From: an uncultured Gammaproteobacteria bacterium
GTDB taxonomy: Bacteria; Patescibacteriota; Microgenomatia; JALYQM01
Direction of reading: 5' to 3'
Assembly: GCA_964403585.1 (NCBI GenBank)
Contig: CAYOFQ010000001.1
Span: forward strand, 1,024,826 to 1,088,825
Length of the DNA: 64,000 bases
The notes under the pieces were generated by a model. It ran no database searches. It had not been told where the DNA came from and was given only the letters and a program-made list of their open reading frames with translations. Positions 55,923-64,000 of the stretch are shown here, piece by piece. Numbering within the stretch: the stretch's first letter is position 1; the number at the start of each line of letters is the position of its first letter. Both the position numbers and the translations under genes were made by a program.

Positions 55923-56903
55923 TTAGTCACCAAAGTTCTGCGTAAACATCTTCCCGTAGATTCCACCGTCAATAACACCAATGCCAATCCGGCCGAATTC
56001 AGGGCGAAGGATATTTTCCCGGTGACCGGGTGAATTCATCAGACCGCGATGCGCAATTTCCACCGTTGGAGCATAAGCCAGGTTCTCACCCGCAACCATA
56101 TACTGAACGTTACCCTCAGTCATACGATCAAATGGTGACTTTCCGTCAGGATTGATGTGCGAGAAGAATGAACGCTTAAACATATCGGTACTATGAGCAC
56201 GGGCTACCGGTACAATCGTCGGATCCCATACCAGAACTTTAATACCCCGCTCCTGACGCTCCTTATTAACCAGAGCAAACATTTCCTGCTCCGAATCCGG
56301 ATCTTCCTTTAACTCCAGGTTACTGGCATCCGGGAAATTCATTTTTATCGATTCTTCCGAGCTTGGAGCCTTTGGGATCAAGTACAAAAGAGTTTCCTGT
56401 GGGATGGCACCAAGAATTTGGCGCATCTGCGGCTCCAGAATCGCTGCCTGAGGAACAATATTTTTACCCCAATACGAAGCCAGCACCGCATTCTTTAAAT
56501 CGGTATTAAAAGGCAACCGGAGCAATACAATAATTGCCGTCGTAAGTAATACGATCCCCATCGCCAATTGCGGAAAAATTCCGGCAATTTTATCAACCCA
56601 ATATAGTGGTTTAAGCCACATGAACAGCTTCATCACAAAACGATATAAATAAGAAAAAACAAACGAAATTGCGAATTCGGCAATCAGTAGCAAGGCAAAG
56701 AAACCCAGAACAGGACCTGCAAATTTATTCGCCCCGAGCGTATCCACAAAAAAAGCTCCCACCTGAGGATAAAAACGAACGGCTATCAATACGGCTATAA
56801 TTGAGGAAAGCAGGTTAAGCAGCGAACCCACAAAACCGATCGCAAATCCGCGATACGCAAAATAAAACAAAATGAGAAAAATACACAGGTCAACCCAGTT
56901 CAT
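55923..56903 (-). CDS. Fusion: CvpA-family membrane domain plus C-terminal CAP/SCP/PR1-like extracellular domain
   Basis: N-terminal 4-5 TM helices are CvpA-like. C-terminus carries ...HSTDMFKRSFFSHINPDG...MVAGENLAY...GHRENIL (CAP-domain motifs). Confidence 0.6.
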   Translation of the reverse strand: MNWVDLCIFLILFYFAYRGFAIGFVGSLLNLLSSIIAVLIAVRFYPQVGAFFVDTLGANKFAGPVLGFFALLLIAEFAISFVFSYLYRFVMKLFMWLKPLYWVDKIAGIFPQLAMGIVLLTTAIIVLLRLPFNTDLKNAVLASYWGKNIVPQAAILEPQMRQILGAIPQETLLYLIPKAPSSEESIKMNFPDASNLELKEDPDSEQEMFALVNKERQERGIKVLVWDPTIVPVARAHSTDMFKRSFFSHINPDGKSPFDRMTEGNVQYMVAGENLAYAPTVEIAHRGLMNSPGHRENILRPEFGRIGIGVIDGGIYGKMFTQNFGD

Positions 56904-56914
56904 GTATGTACAAT

Positions 56915-57439
56915 CTATTTATATTCCCAAAGTATAACATCACCATCCCGCGGGATATACCGATCGGCAAAGACAGTAGCTTCTTTACCGTTAACCGAAT
57001 ATCCCCACCGGCGGGAACCTTCACGATCGTTTTCCGACGTTCCGGCACCATCAATAGATTTTACCACGGTTCCGTCTTCTGTATATTCGACAATCACAAC
57101 ATGATTGTCCTGAAGCCGGGATAAGACACTCTGTCCTTTATGACCGATCTGTCGAATCGACGTCTGAGTAGTATTATCAACACGCGCCCCGAGAACCTGG
57201 GCCGCAGGAGGAGCACTTTGCGTATATGCCACTTCAACTTCACGTAAATGTTCGATGGTAAGCTTCTCGCGAACTTGAGAATCCCGAACAGCTGCTGCAC
57301 TGGCAATAACAACCAGTGAGAGCCCAAACATATAAACATGCCAATGTCTGATACCCATTTTATGGGCGTGATGCAATGCTTTCATAATCCTATTATGAAT
57401 GAATCGGAAAAATATCTCAACCCGAAAGTTAGAAATCAA
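56915..57439 (-). CDS. Small membrane-anchored extracytoplasmic protein, possibly DUF4430 (transcobalamin-like B12-binding) family
   Basis: N-terminal TM helix; C-terminal GDVILWEYK-type ending; translationally coupled downstream of cobO. Family call is from memory of the domain pattern and is uncertain. Confidence 0.4.
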   Translation of the reverse strand: MISNFRVEIFFRFIHNRIMKALHHAHKMGIRHWHVYMFGLSLVVIASAAAVRDSQVREKLTIEHLREVEVAYTQSAPPAAQVLGARVDNTTQTSIRQIGHKGQSVLSRLQDNHVVIVEYTEDGTVVKSIDGAGTSENDREGSRRWGYSVNGKEATVFADRYIPRDGDVILWEYK

Positions 57440-57968
57440 TACTTCGTTTAGCTAGAATTCCCTTTTGGAACGGATGTTTAATTTCTTTCATCTCTGTAAC
57501 CAAATCGGCTATCTCAATAAGTTTTTCATCAGCACCACGCCCGGTTAATACAATATCCAGCTCTTCAGGTCTACCGTGAACCAATTCAAGCACATCATCA
57601 ATGGTAATAAGCCCTTCTTTCACTGCCACATTAATTTCATCGAGAATGATGACATCATATTCTTTCGAAAGAACCTTATCTTTAGCAAAAGCAAACGCCT
57701 CTGCCGCCGCTGAGTCATGAACAGAACGATCCTTACGATCACCCCATATACCAATAAACCCCTGCCCCATCTGAACAAAAGTAATATACGGCTCAAGAGC
57801 TTTGAACGTTTCTTTTTCACCGGTAAACCATTCTTTGATAAACTGGAGAAACAATACTTTCCGTTTGTAACCGGCTGCCCGGACGGCTAACCCGACCGCC
57901 GCCGTCGTCTTTCCTTTGCCATCCCCGGTATAAACGATCACGAGTCCTTTTTTATGTATACTTGTCAT
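57429..57968 (-). CDS. cobO: Cob(I)alamin/cob(I)yrinic acid a,c-diamide adenosyltransferase (CobO/BtuR type)
   Basis: GLVIVYTGDGKGKTTAAVGLAVRAAG P-loop signature of the CobA/CobO family. Confidence 0.8.
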   Translation of the reverse strand: MTSIHKKGLVIVYTGDGKGKTTAAVGLAVRAAGYKRKVLFLQFIKEWFTGEKETFKALEPYITFVQMGQGFIGIWGDRKDRSVHDSAAAEAFAFAKDKVLSKEYDVIILDEINVAVKEGLITIDDVLELVHGRPEELDIVLTGRGADEKLIEIADLVTEMKEIKHPFQKGILAKRSIDF

Positions 57969-58516
57969 ACTGTATCCTTATTACTAATTTCAATCTTAGT
58001 ACTTGGAAATTCTGCGGTAATTTTCGATAACAATTTCATGGGATTTTTATTATTCTTATCAAATCGTATTTGCTCCTCGTCAAAATCCACAAACATTTGC
58101 AAATAGTCCTTAGTAGATTGCTTTTTCAATTTTTCTCCAAAGTATACAACGGCCATTCGCTTACCTTGTTTTTCACTAATCTTAGCTTGAACCCAATAGT
58201 TCTCATCCTCCCTATCTTCCGAGCTAACTTTGGTAGGAGGCAATTCTAATGAGTAAATTGCCCAATCCAAAGTTTTTCTTCCTTCATGCCTACGATCCAT
58301 AATATCTCGACACTCATCGTATGTTTTTGGTAGTGAATATTTCCGTTCACAATTATCACAATATAACTCCATATAGGATATCTTTCTCAGTTCACAATGA
58401 CATGACTCATTAGAACAAACTGGAGAACCAATATAATCATCACCGAAATCTCCAATAATAACTCTCCACAACACTCCATACCCTTTGTATAATTCATCTC
58501 TAAATTGAGTCATCAT
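57965..58516 (-). CDS. Hypothetical Cys-rich (zinc-ribbon-like) protein between nrdJ and cobO
   Basis: 183 aa; C-x4-C-x-C ... C-x2-C cluster (CSNESCHC...CDNC); start overlaps the cobO stop. No family recognised. Confidence 0.45.
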   Translation of the reverse strand: MMTQFRDELYKGYGVLWRVIIGDFGDDYIGSPVCSNESCHCELRKISYMELYCDNCERKYSLPKTYDECRDIMDRRHEGRKTLDWAIYSLELPPTKVSSEDREDENYWVQAKISEKQGKRMAVVYFGEKLKKQSTKDYLQMFVDFDEEQIRFDKNNKNPMKLLSKITAEFPSTKIEISNKDTV

Positions 58517-58614
58517 AGTATCTCCTAATATCTGCCTTATTCATAGGATTTATTATAATTTACCCCCGAAGACTGAGCTCAATCTCCAGGGGCAAAAATT
58601 TAATTAAACTAGTA

Positions 58615-61200
58615 TCAGCATCGTGCATACCCACAGTTATCGCACTTGGCACACCCTTCAACTAACATCAGGGTCGCCTGTCCACAATCGGGACACATAT
58701 CGCGTCGGGCACTTTTAGTCCCGGTAATCTGCGTATCCATCGAAGCACCTTCCACGGTACCAAGCGGCAACTGCACTTGAGCTACCGGATCACTTTCAAT
58801 CTGGGTACCTTTTAAAGCAACATGTTCACTGATTGCTTTGGCTACAGCATCGGCCAATGAACGAACCCTGTTACTACCAAAGCCGGCTGTTGACGCACCG
58901 CCAATTCCGGAAAGCTGGTCAACGATCGATTCAACCACAGCTGATTTAGACACGGTAGTAGGAATTCTCAACGCTAATGAAATTAATCGTCCAATTGCCT
59001 CAGCATCAGCCAAGATATCCGAACCACCTTTACCAAGGGAAACAAAGACTTCAAACATATCACCCATCTCATCTTCATTGATGGTGACATAGCCCGGACC
59101 AAATGGCGTTTTAACTTTATAGGTAGAACCGGTTAACCGTTCAGGTCGTTCACGCAAAGTATGATACATTGGTTGAATCAATGCCGGAGTTGGGTTGGTA
59201 ACCGCTGCAGCAGCTGTAGCTGCCTGCTCGGTAGTTTTCTTCTCTTCCGATTCACGGGTTAGCACTGCGTCACGGGAACCATCACGATAGAAAGTAATAC
59301 CCTTACAGCCAAGGTCATACGCCTTCATATATAATTCTTTAACCTGCTCGACAGTATAATCTGCCGGTGCATTAACGGTCTTGGAAATTGATGCATCGGT
59401 ATATTTCTGAGCCATTGCCTGAACTTTAACATGATCTTCAGGGAGTAAATCTACTGTTGAAACAAAGTAGTCAGGTGCAGTTGTCTCATCCTGGTGGGTG
59501 TCTTTCCATTCCTGATATAACGGATGATAAATAACGTGCTCTCCGGTGCGGTCGCGGCGAACAGTCGCGAAGTCGTAAACCGGCTCAATTCCGGATGAAG
59601 CTCCGGCAAAAAGTGAAGTGGTACCGGTTGGCTGCTGGGAAAGTAATACCGCATTGCGGATACCATTTTGAGCAATTTTATCCTGAATTTCCTGAGGAAG
59701 TTGCTTAATAAAATGACCCTGTAAATATTTTTCTTTATCAAAATACGGGAAAGCACCTTTTTCTGCGGCGATATTAGCCGATTCATCATACGCATTATCC
59801 CGCACGGTCTGGAAGATTTTTTCAATGATCGGCAACGCTTCATCCGATCCGTAACGGATCTTCATTTTGATCAAAGCATCGGCCAAACCCATTGTACCTA
59901 AACCAACACGTCGGGTACCAAGCTGGGCGATTTTATTTTCTTCAAAGAAATACAGATTGGAATCGATAACATTATCCAGCAAACGGATACCGACACGTGC
60001 ATGCTCGGCCAGTTTCTTCCAGTCCATTTCGCCGTCAACAACATAGTTTGACAAATTAAGTGAACCAAGGTTACAGACGCTCCATGGACCAAGCCCCTGC
60101 TCACCACATGGATTGGTGCAGCGGATATCTTCGTAATACCAGGTGTTAGACCACTTGTTGTAGCGTTCCATAAATACAAATCCCGGCTCAGCACTCTTCC
60201 AAGCAGCAGTGGTGATTAAGTCCCACAAATGGCGGGCTTTAACGGTCTTCATAACCTGACCACGCCACTTGAGATCCCAGTCGGCGTCATCTTTGATAGC
60301 CTGCATAAAACCGTCTGAAGCACAGATTGAAAGATTAGCATGTTCAATCCATCCGGGAGTTTGTTTGCAGGTAATAAATTCTTCAATATCCGGATGATCA
60401 TCATCCATCATCAGCATCAAGGCACCGCGTCGGGAACCACCCTGACTGATAACATCACCGGTAGCTACCGAATACAACTGTGCCCACGCCATCGGACCGG
60501 AAGAATGGCCGTTTACGGTTTTAATATACGAACCTTTAGGTCGTAGCGAAGAAAGGTTCATTCCTACTCCACCTGCCCGGGCCATAATCTCAACCATATC
60601 CTTTAAACTATCGATGATACCACCACGGGAATCATCCGGAGACGGTATAACATAACAGTTATAATAGGTAACTGCATATCCGGTGCCGGCACCGGATAAA
60701 ATACGCCCGGCCGGTACAAAATGGAAATCTTCCATTATTTCATAAAATTTCTTTTCCCAGTGTTTGCGCAACTCCGGAGTTTTTTCAATTTGGGAGAGCC
60801 CCCAGGCTACACGAGTCCAGATTTCTTCAGGATGATGCTCAACCGGATCACCGTTCTCATCTTTTAAGGAATAACGGTCAAGAAGCACTTTTTTTCGTAC
60901 ACCTTCCAGTTCGGTTTTCTTTGAACCGGTATATTTTGTTCTGCCACTGACATTAAGTCCGGCCAAAAAGGTTTCATTATCTGCAATACTTTCATAAATT
61001 CGTTTTAACATCTCAGGGGACGGAGTAAATCCTTCTTTATACATCCCGTCAAAAATACTTTTTTCAGCAGTACTGGATTTACCGTACTTACTAATCCCTT
61101 TTTTACCTTCATCCTGCTGGTTTCCACCACCGATTACCTTAGTAATGGGATGCTTCTTCTTCGATTCTGATTCAGAAATAACCGTATTATCTGAAGCCAT
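58615..61200 (-). CDS. nrdJ: Adenosylcobalamin-dependent (class II) ribonucleotide reductase NrdJ with C-terminal zinc-ribbon tail
   Basis: 861 aa; active-site region SVCNLGSLNL; C-terminal CPDCGQATLMLVEGCAKCDNCGYARC. Confidence 0.9.
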   Translation of the reverse strand: MASDNTVISESESKKKHPITKVIGGGNQQDEGKKGISKYGKSSTAEKSIFDGMYKEGFTPSPEMLKRIYESIADNETFLAGLNVSGRTKYTGSKKTELEGVRKKVLLDRYSLKDENGDPVEHHPEEIWTRVAWGLSQIEKTPELRKHWEKKFYEIMEDFHFVPAGRILSGAGTGYAVTYYNCYVIPSPDDSRGGIIDSLKDMVEIMARAGGVGMNLSSLRPKGSYIKTVNGHSSGPMAWAQLYSVATGDVISQGGSRRGALMLMMDDDHPDIEEFITCKQTPGWIEHANLSICASDGFMQAIKDDADWDLKWRGQVMKTVKARHLWDLITTAAWKSAEPGFVFMERYNKWSNTWYYEDIRCTNPCGEQGLGPWSVCNLGSLNLSNYVVDGEMDWKKLAEHARVGIRLLDNVIDSNLYFFEENKIAQLGTRRVGLGTMGLADALIKMKIRYGSDEALPIIEKIFQTVRDNAYDESANIAAEKGAFPYFDKEKYLQGHFIKQLPQEIQDKIAQNGIRNAVLLSQQPTGTTSLFAGASSGIEPVYDFATVRRDRTGEHVIYHPLYQEWKDTHQDETTAPDYFVSTVDLLPEDHVKVQAMAQKYTDASISKTVNAPADYTVEQVKELYMKAYDLGCKGITFYRDGSRDAVLTRESEEKKTTEQAATAAAAVTNPTPALIQPMYHTLRERPERLTGSTYKVKTPFGPGYVTINEDEMGDMFEVFVSLGKGGSDILADAEAIGRLISLALRIPTTVSKSAVVESIVDQLSGIGGASTAGFGSNRVRSLADAVAKAISEHVALKGTQIESDPVAQVQLPLGTVEGASMDTQITGTKSARRDMCPDCGQATLMLVEGCAKCDNCGYARC

Positions 61201-61269
61201 AACGCTCTCTCCTTATACAACTAAGAAAACACTAAACAATAATAAATAATTACAGTTTTTGCCATAAAG

Positions 61270-61728
61270 TTATTGTCTCGTCGACACCAGCTTACGAACC
61301 TCCTTCTGAAAATCCTCTACATCTGCAAATGCTCGATAGATAGACGCAAACCGGATATACGCAACGTTATCAATCAGCTTTAATTTATCCATAACCAAAT
61401 TACCGATCTCAATACTGGGAATCTCAACTGTGTCTTTCTGCCTTAAAATACCTTCTATTTCGTTAACAATCCGGTCAATCATCTGATCAGATACTCCCCG
61501 CTTCCACGTCGCCTGTTTCAAACCGTAAATAATTTTTCTTCTGTCAAACGGTTCTTTATGTCCATTCTTCTTCAATACAACTAAGTCCAACAATTCAGGT
61601 CTTTCAAAACTGGTGAAACGCTTTAAGCACTTCTCGCATTCCCGGCGTCTTCGTGTTATACCTAGATTGTCATCGTCGCGTTTATCTAATACCCGCGTTT
61701 CTCCGTGATTACAATAAGGACATCTCAT
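61270..61728 (-). CDS. nrdR: Transcriptional repressor NrdR (zinc ribbon plus ATP-cone)
   Basis: MRCPYCNHGETRVLDKRD...RRRECEKCLKRFTSFE; ATP-cone follows. Confidence 0.9.
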   Translation of the reverse strand: MRCPYCNHGETRVLDKRDDDNLGITRRRRECEKCLKRFTSFERPELLDLVVLKKNGHKEPFDRRKIIYGLKQATWKRGVSDQMIDRIVNEIEGILRQKDTVEIPSIEIGNLVMDKLKLIDNVAYIRFASIYRAFADVEDFQKEVRKLVSTRQ

Positions 61729-61768
61729 AGTAGTTTATCTTCGTATTTATTTTGGACTTTTCTTAAAA

Positions 61769-61784
61769 ACACAATATATCGAAT
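61769..61784. promoter_or_regulatory. Candidate NrdR box upstream of the nrdR-nrdJ operon
   Basis: acacaatatatcgaat matches the NrdR-box consensus acaCwAtATaTwGtgt at 13/16; 41-56 nt upstream of the nrdR start. No convincing tandem second box. Confidence 0.35.
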
Positions 61785-61876
61785 GCCATATCAATATAAA
61801 ATCAATAGATAGTAGTCGTCAATACGATGTATATGGCGTAACGGAGATATAATTAATAGCAAAATTTGAAAATAGC

Positions 61877-62209
61877 TTAAAAGCGCTGTTTATAGATTTT
61901 GGAGAGTTTATAGAAACCTGCAGCCAACATCACAAATCCAAATGTAGCAAACGCACTACGGATAGCGTCCTGATAGGTAAATCCTGCGATTCTCTGGAAG
62001 CTTATAAAGTCAATCGTTTTACTCAATAAATCTACCACCTGAACAAATGCATTAAGAACAATACCTACGGCTAAATAAGTCAAAGCCGTTCCAATAACGC
62101 CGGTATATTTTTTAGTGGTAAAAAGTAAGAAGATCAAACAGGCTAAAATTGAAAGGATATTGAGCCACTGAAATACGTACAGAATTATGTCGAAAATATT
62201 CATATGCAA
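61877..62209 (-). CDS. Small integral membrane protein (hypothetical)
   Basis: 110 aa, 3-4 predicted TM helices. Confidence 0.45.
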   Translation of the reverse strand: MHMNIFDIILYVFQWLNILSILACLIFLLFTTKKYTGVIGTALTYLAVGIVLNAFVQVVDLLSKTIDFISFQRIAGFTYQDAIRSAFATFGFVMLAAGFYKLSKIYKQRF

Positions 62210-62260
62210 TTGATATGAAAATAGCGTAAAGGAAGAAGAAGTGGCTTGTCAACACGTCAA

Positions 62261-63322
62261 TTAAGAGTTTAAACTCAGGTTGGGTTCACGATCCAGGGTA
62301 CGTGGATCGGCGAAATTCCCTCGCTGGGCACTATAGTGTGCCGCGACACCGATCATTCCGGCATTATCGCCATATAGTTTTTTATCTGTTGGAAAGTGCA
62401 CACGTAACGTTTTGCCAAACTTAAAACGCAGCTTATTTCGGACAAACTGATTAGCGGAAACTCCGCCGGCAACGACAAGATCTTTAATATCGTAATCGAG
62501 CATCAGTGACTTAAGTGCGAAAGATGTTTTTAATAACAATGCTTCGGTTGCGGCAATCTGAAAAGCACAGGCAACATCACAAATTGCCTGCTTATATTCA
62601 GACGGGCTCATACTCTCTTTTTTTTCTTTTAATTCACGGTTAGTTAAATATAAGGCTGCTGTCTTAAGTCCGGAATAGCTGAAGTCGGCACTTGGCGTTT
62701 TACTCATCGGAACCGGAAATTGAAAACGATTGGGATTACCTTCTTTCGCCAACTCTTCCAAAAACGGTCCCGCAGGATAGCCGATTTCCAGCATTCGGCC
62801 AACTTTGTCATAGGCTTCTCCAATCGCATCATCAAGGGTCTTACCTAAAATTTGATACTTACCATGATCATGCATTAACACCAAATCAGTGTGCTTACCC
62901 GAAATTAACAGCGCCAGCAACGGAAACTGATACTCGATTTTTGGATTACCCTGAGAATTACGGGACAAAGACGAGTAAATATGCCCCTCCATATGATTTA
63001 CCCCGATCAGCGGCTTATTATATTCGATCGCCAGTTGTTTGGCCTTTTCGATGCCAACACCCAAAGCAATCGCCAAACCCGGTCCATACGTTACGGCAAT
63101 AGCATCAATATCACTAAGCCCGAGTTTTACTTGTTTCAGCGCGTCCTTGATAACCAGATCAATATGCTCTTCGTGTTGACGGCGGGCGATACCCGGAACA
63201 ACCCCACCCCATTTTTTATGCAGTTCAATCTGCGAAGCAATCTTGTTGGAAAAAACACGATCACCTTCGGTAACCGCAACTGATGTTTCATCACAGGATG
63301 TATCTATAGCAAGAATCTTCAT
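62261..63322 (-). CDS. tsaD: tRNA N6-adenosine threonylcarbamoyltransferase TsaD (Kae1/Gcp family)
   Basis: MKILAIDTSCDETSVAV N-terminus; GVNHMEGHIYS metal-binding HxxH. Confidence 0.9.
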   Translation of the reverse strand: MKILAIDTSCDETSVAVTEGDRVFSNKIASQIELHKKWGGVVPGIARRQHEEHIDLVIKDALKQVKLGLSDIDAIAVTYGPGLAIALGVGIEKAKQLAIEYNKPLIGVNHMEGHIYSSLSRNSQGNPKIEYQFPLLALLISGKHTDLVLMHDHGKYQILGKTLDDAIGEAYDKVGRMLEIGYPAGPFLEELAKEGNPNRFQFPVPMSKTPSADFSYSGLKTAALYLTNRELKEKKESMSPSEYKQAICDVACAFQIAATEALLLKTSFALKSLMLDYDIKDLVVAGGVSANQFVRNKLRFKFGKTLRVHFPTDKKLYGDNAGMIGVAAHYSAQRGNFADPRTLDREPNLSLNS

Positions 63323-63990
63323 AAAACTAAATTCCTTAATGCCGATAACGCCACCATTGGCTTTCCTAATGTAACATACTGCCGGTCAAATAATTGTCTA
63401 TAGAGCATCCGTGTGGCCGTCGTGGCCCGAACAACCGCTTTGATCTGTTTTTGAGCTTCAACAAAAGGTAACGCTCCCTGATACAACATACCTTTTTCTC
63501 TGGCCCGTTCAATAATATGAAGTTCACCCAGGTCACGCGCCAGACCAATATATAAATTCTGCGTAATACCTATATCCGTCAAGTCGGCAGCATCATCAAT
63601 GCGTTGCCATAACATACTGGCTAAACGAACACGGGCAATGTCTTCAGAGGACAAATCAGCTAATTTACCGCCCACTTCAACATACAAACCGGTAGTAGCT
63701 TCACGATACGCTAACGCTTCAGCATATCCGTAACCCTGTAGTCTGTCCCGAATACCAAATTGCGTATGCAAAGCCGAGTCGAAAAAACAATCTACAGCCT
63801 CCTGTTTATCCGCTGCATCATGAAAACGCAGCATCATCGAACGCCTGGCGGTATCAATCGAATACCCGGAACGAAACGGATGCGCCGGCTGATCCAAGAT
63901 ATAGCGACGCATTTCTTCTTCACAGCCGAATCGGGGAAATTCTTCCGAATCAAGCAGGTCATCAATCCGCGAAACAAGACCAACAAACAT
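63319..63990 (-). CDS. Hypothetical protein (possible HD-like hydrolase; weak)
   Basis: 223 aa; GGAG Shine-Dalgarno 7 nt upstream of ATG 63990; 4-nt overlap with tsaD. Confidence 0.45.
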   Translation of the reverse strand: MFVGLVSRIDDLLDSEEFPRFGCEEEMRRYILDQPAHPFRSGYSIDTARRSMMLRFHDAADKQEAVDCFFDSALHTQFGIRDRLQGYGYAEALAYREATTGLYVEVGGKLADLSSEDIARVRLASMLWQRIDDAADLTDIGITQNLYIGLARDLGELHIIERAREKGMLYQGALPFVEAQKQIKAVVRATTATRMLYRQLFDRQYVTLGKPMVALSALRNLVL

Positions 63991-64000
63991 GACTACTCCA

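Noticed and set aside
58517-58614. Imperfect hairpin ccccgaagactgagctcaatctccagggg downstream of nrdJ as a terminator, and a possible B12 riboswitch in this region
   Set aside because: The hairpin has no adjacent U-run on the nrdJ strand and the downstream Cys-rich ORF is co-directional, so read-through is likely. No B12-box-like sequence (AdoCbl riboswitch core) was seen.
1-64000. tRNA, rRNA and CRISPR arrays
   Set aside because: No spacer has tRNA hallmarks (GTTCGAATC T-arm, CCA context). No rRNA-sized non-coding stretch exists. No regularly spaced direct repeats were seen.

Overview
The window is a compact, gene-dense bacterial chromosomal segment of about 42% GC with many 1-30 nt gene overlaps, almost all on the minus strand, and reads like a reduced-genome Gram-positive-like bacterium (possibly CPR/Patescibacteria-like; this is inference). 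No rRNA, tRNA, CRISPR array, transposase or integrase was found. Five blocks stand out. (1) 1-15.8 kb is an atypical dcw cell-wall cluster: rsmH-ftsL-ftsI-murE-murI-murD-murC-murB-murA-dgkA-mraY-ftsW-murG-ftsQ. murA, murI and dgkA are embedded in it, and mraZ, murF and ddl are absent. A roughly 450-bp high-GC tract (about 60% GC, with its own consensus sigma70 promoter) sits between rsmH and ftsL. (2) 15.8-20 kb holds housekeeping genes: an EamA transporter, a GNAT acetyltransferase, alpha2-type GlyRS, a HAD hydrolase and recO. (3) 20-41 kb is a roughly 21-kb surface-glycan island. It encodes a DUF4012-like giant membrane protein, a WbaP-like initiating sugar transferase, a GDP-mannose pyrophosphorylase, GT1/GT2 enzymes and two GT-C (PMT/ArnT-like) membrane transferases. 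It also carries a membrane glycosidase, a kinase-fold phosphotransferase and three unusual fusions (CE4-GT1, Wzx-GT1, GT2-GT2), with pyrG embedded in the middle. This looks like a polyprenol-phosphate-mannose-dependent glycosylation system. (4) 42-50 kb begins with a sortase and its substrate. The rest is a pyrimidine/dTTP module (dcd, a double-length ThyX-like protein, dut, tmk) with house-cleaning and salvage genes: a YjjX ITPase, a MazG-like protein, a nucleoside deoxyribosyltransferase-like protein and a TagD-like cytidylyltransferase fused to cytidine deaminase. (5) 53-63 kb carries lon with a CIRCE-like operator, an nrdR-nrdJ operon (B12-dependent class II RNR) joined to B12 adenosyltransferase cobO and a putative B12-binding protein, and tsaD. 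Other notable points: a family of related intergenic repeat elements at three loci, one with clear terminal inverted repeats; a PP2C-like gene interrupted by an in-frame TAA; and a strong GNRA-tetraloop terminator after lon.
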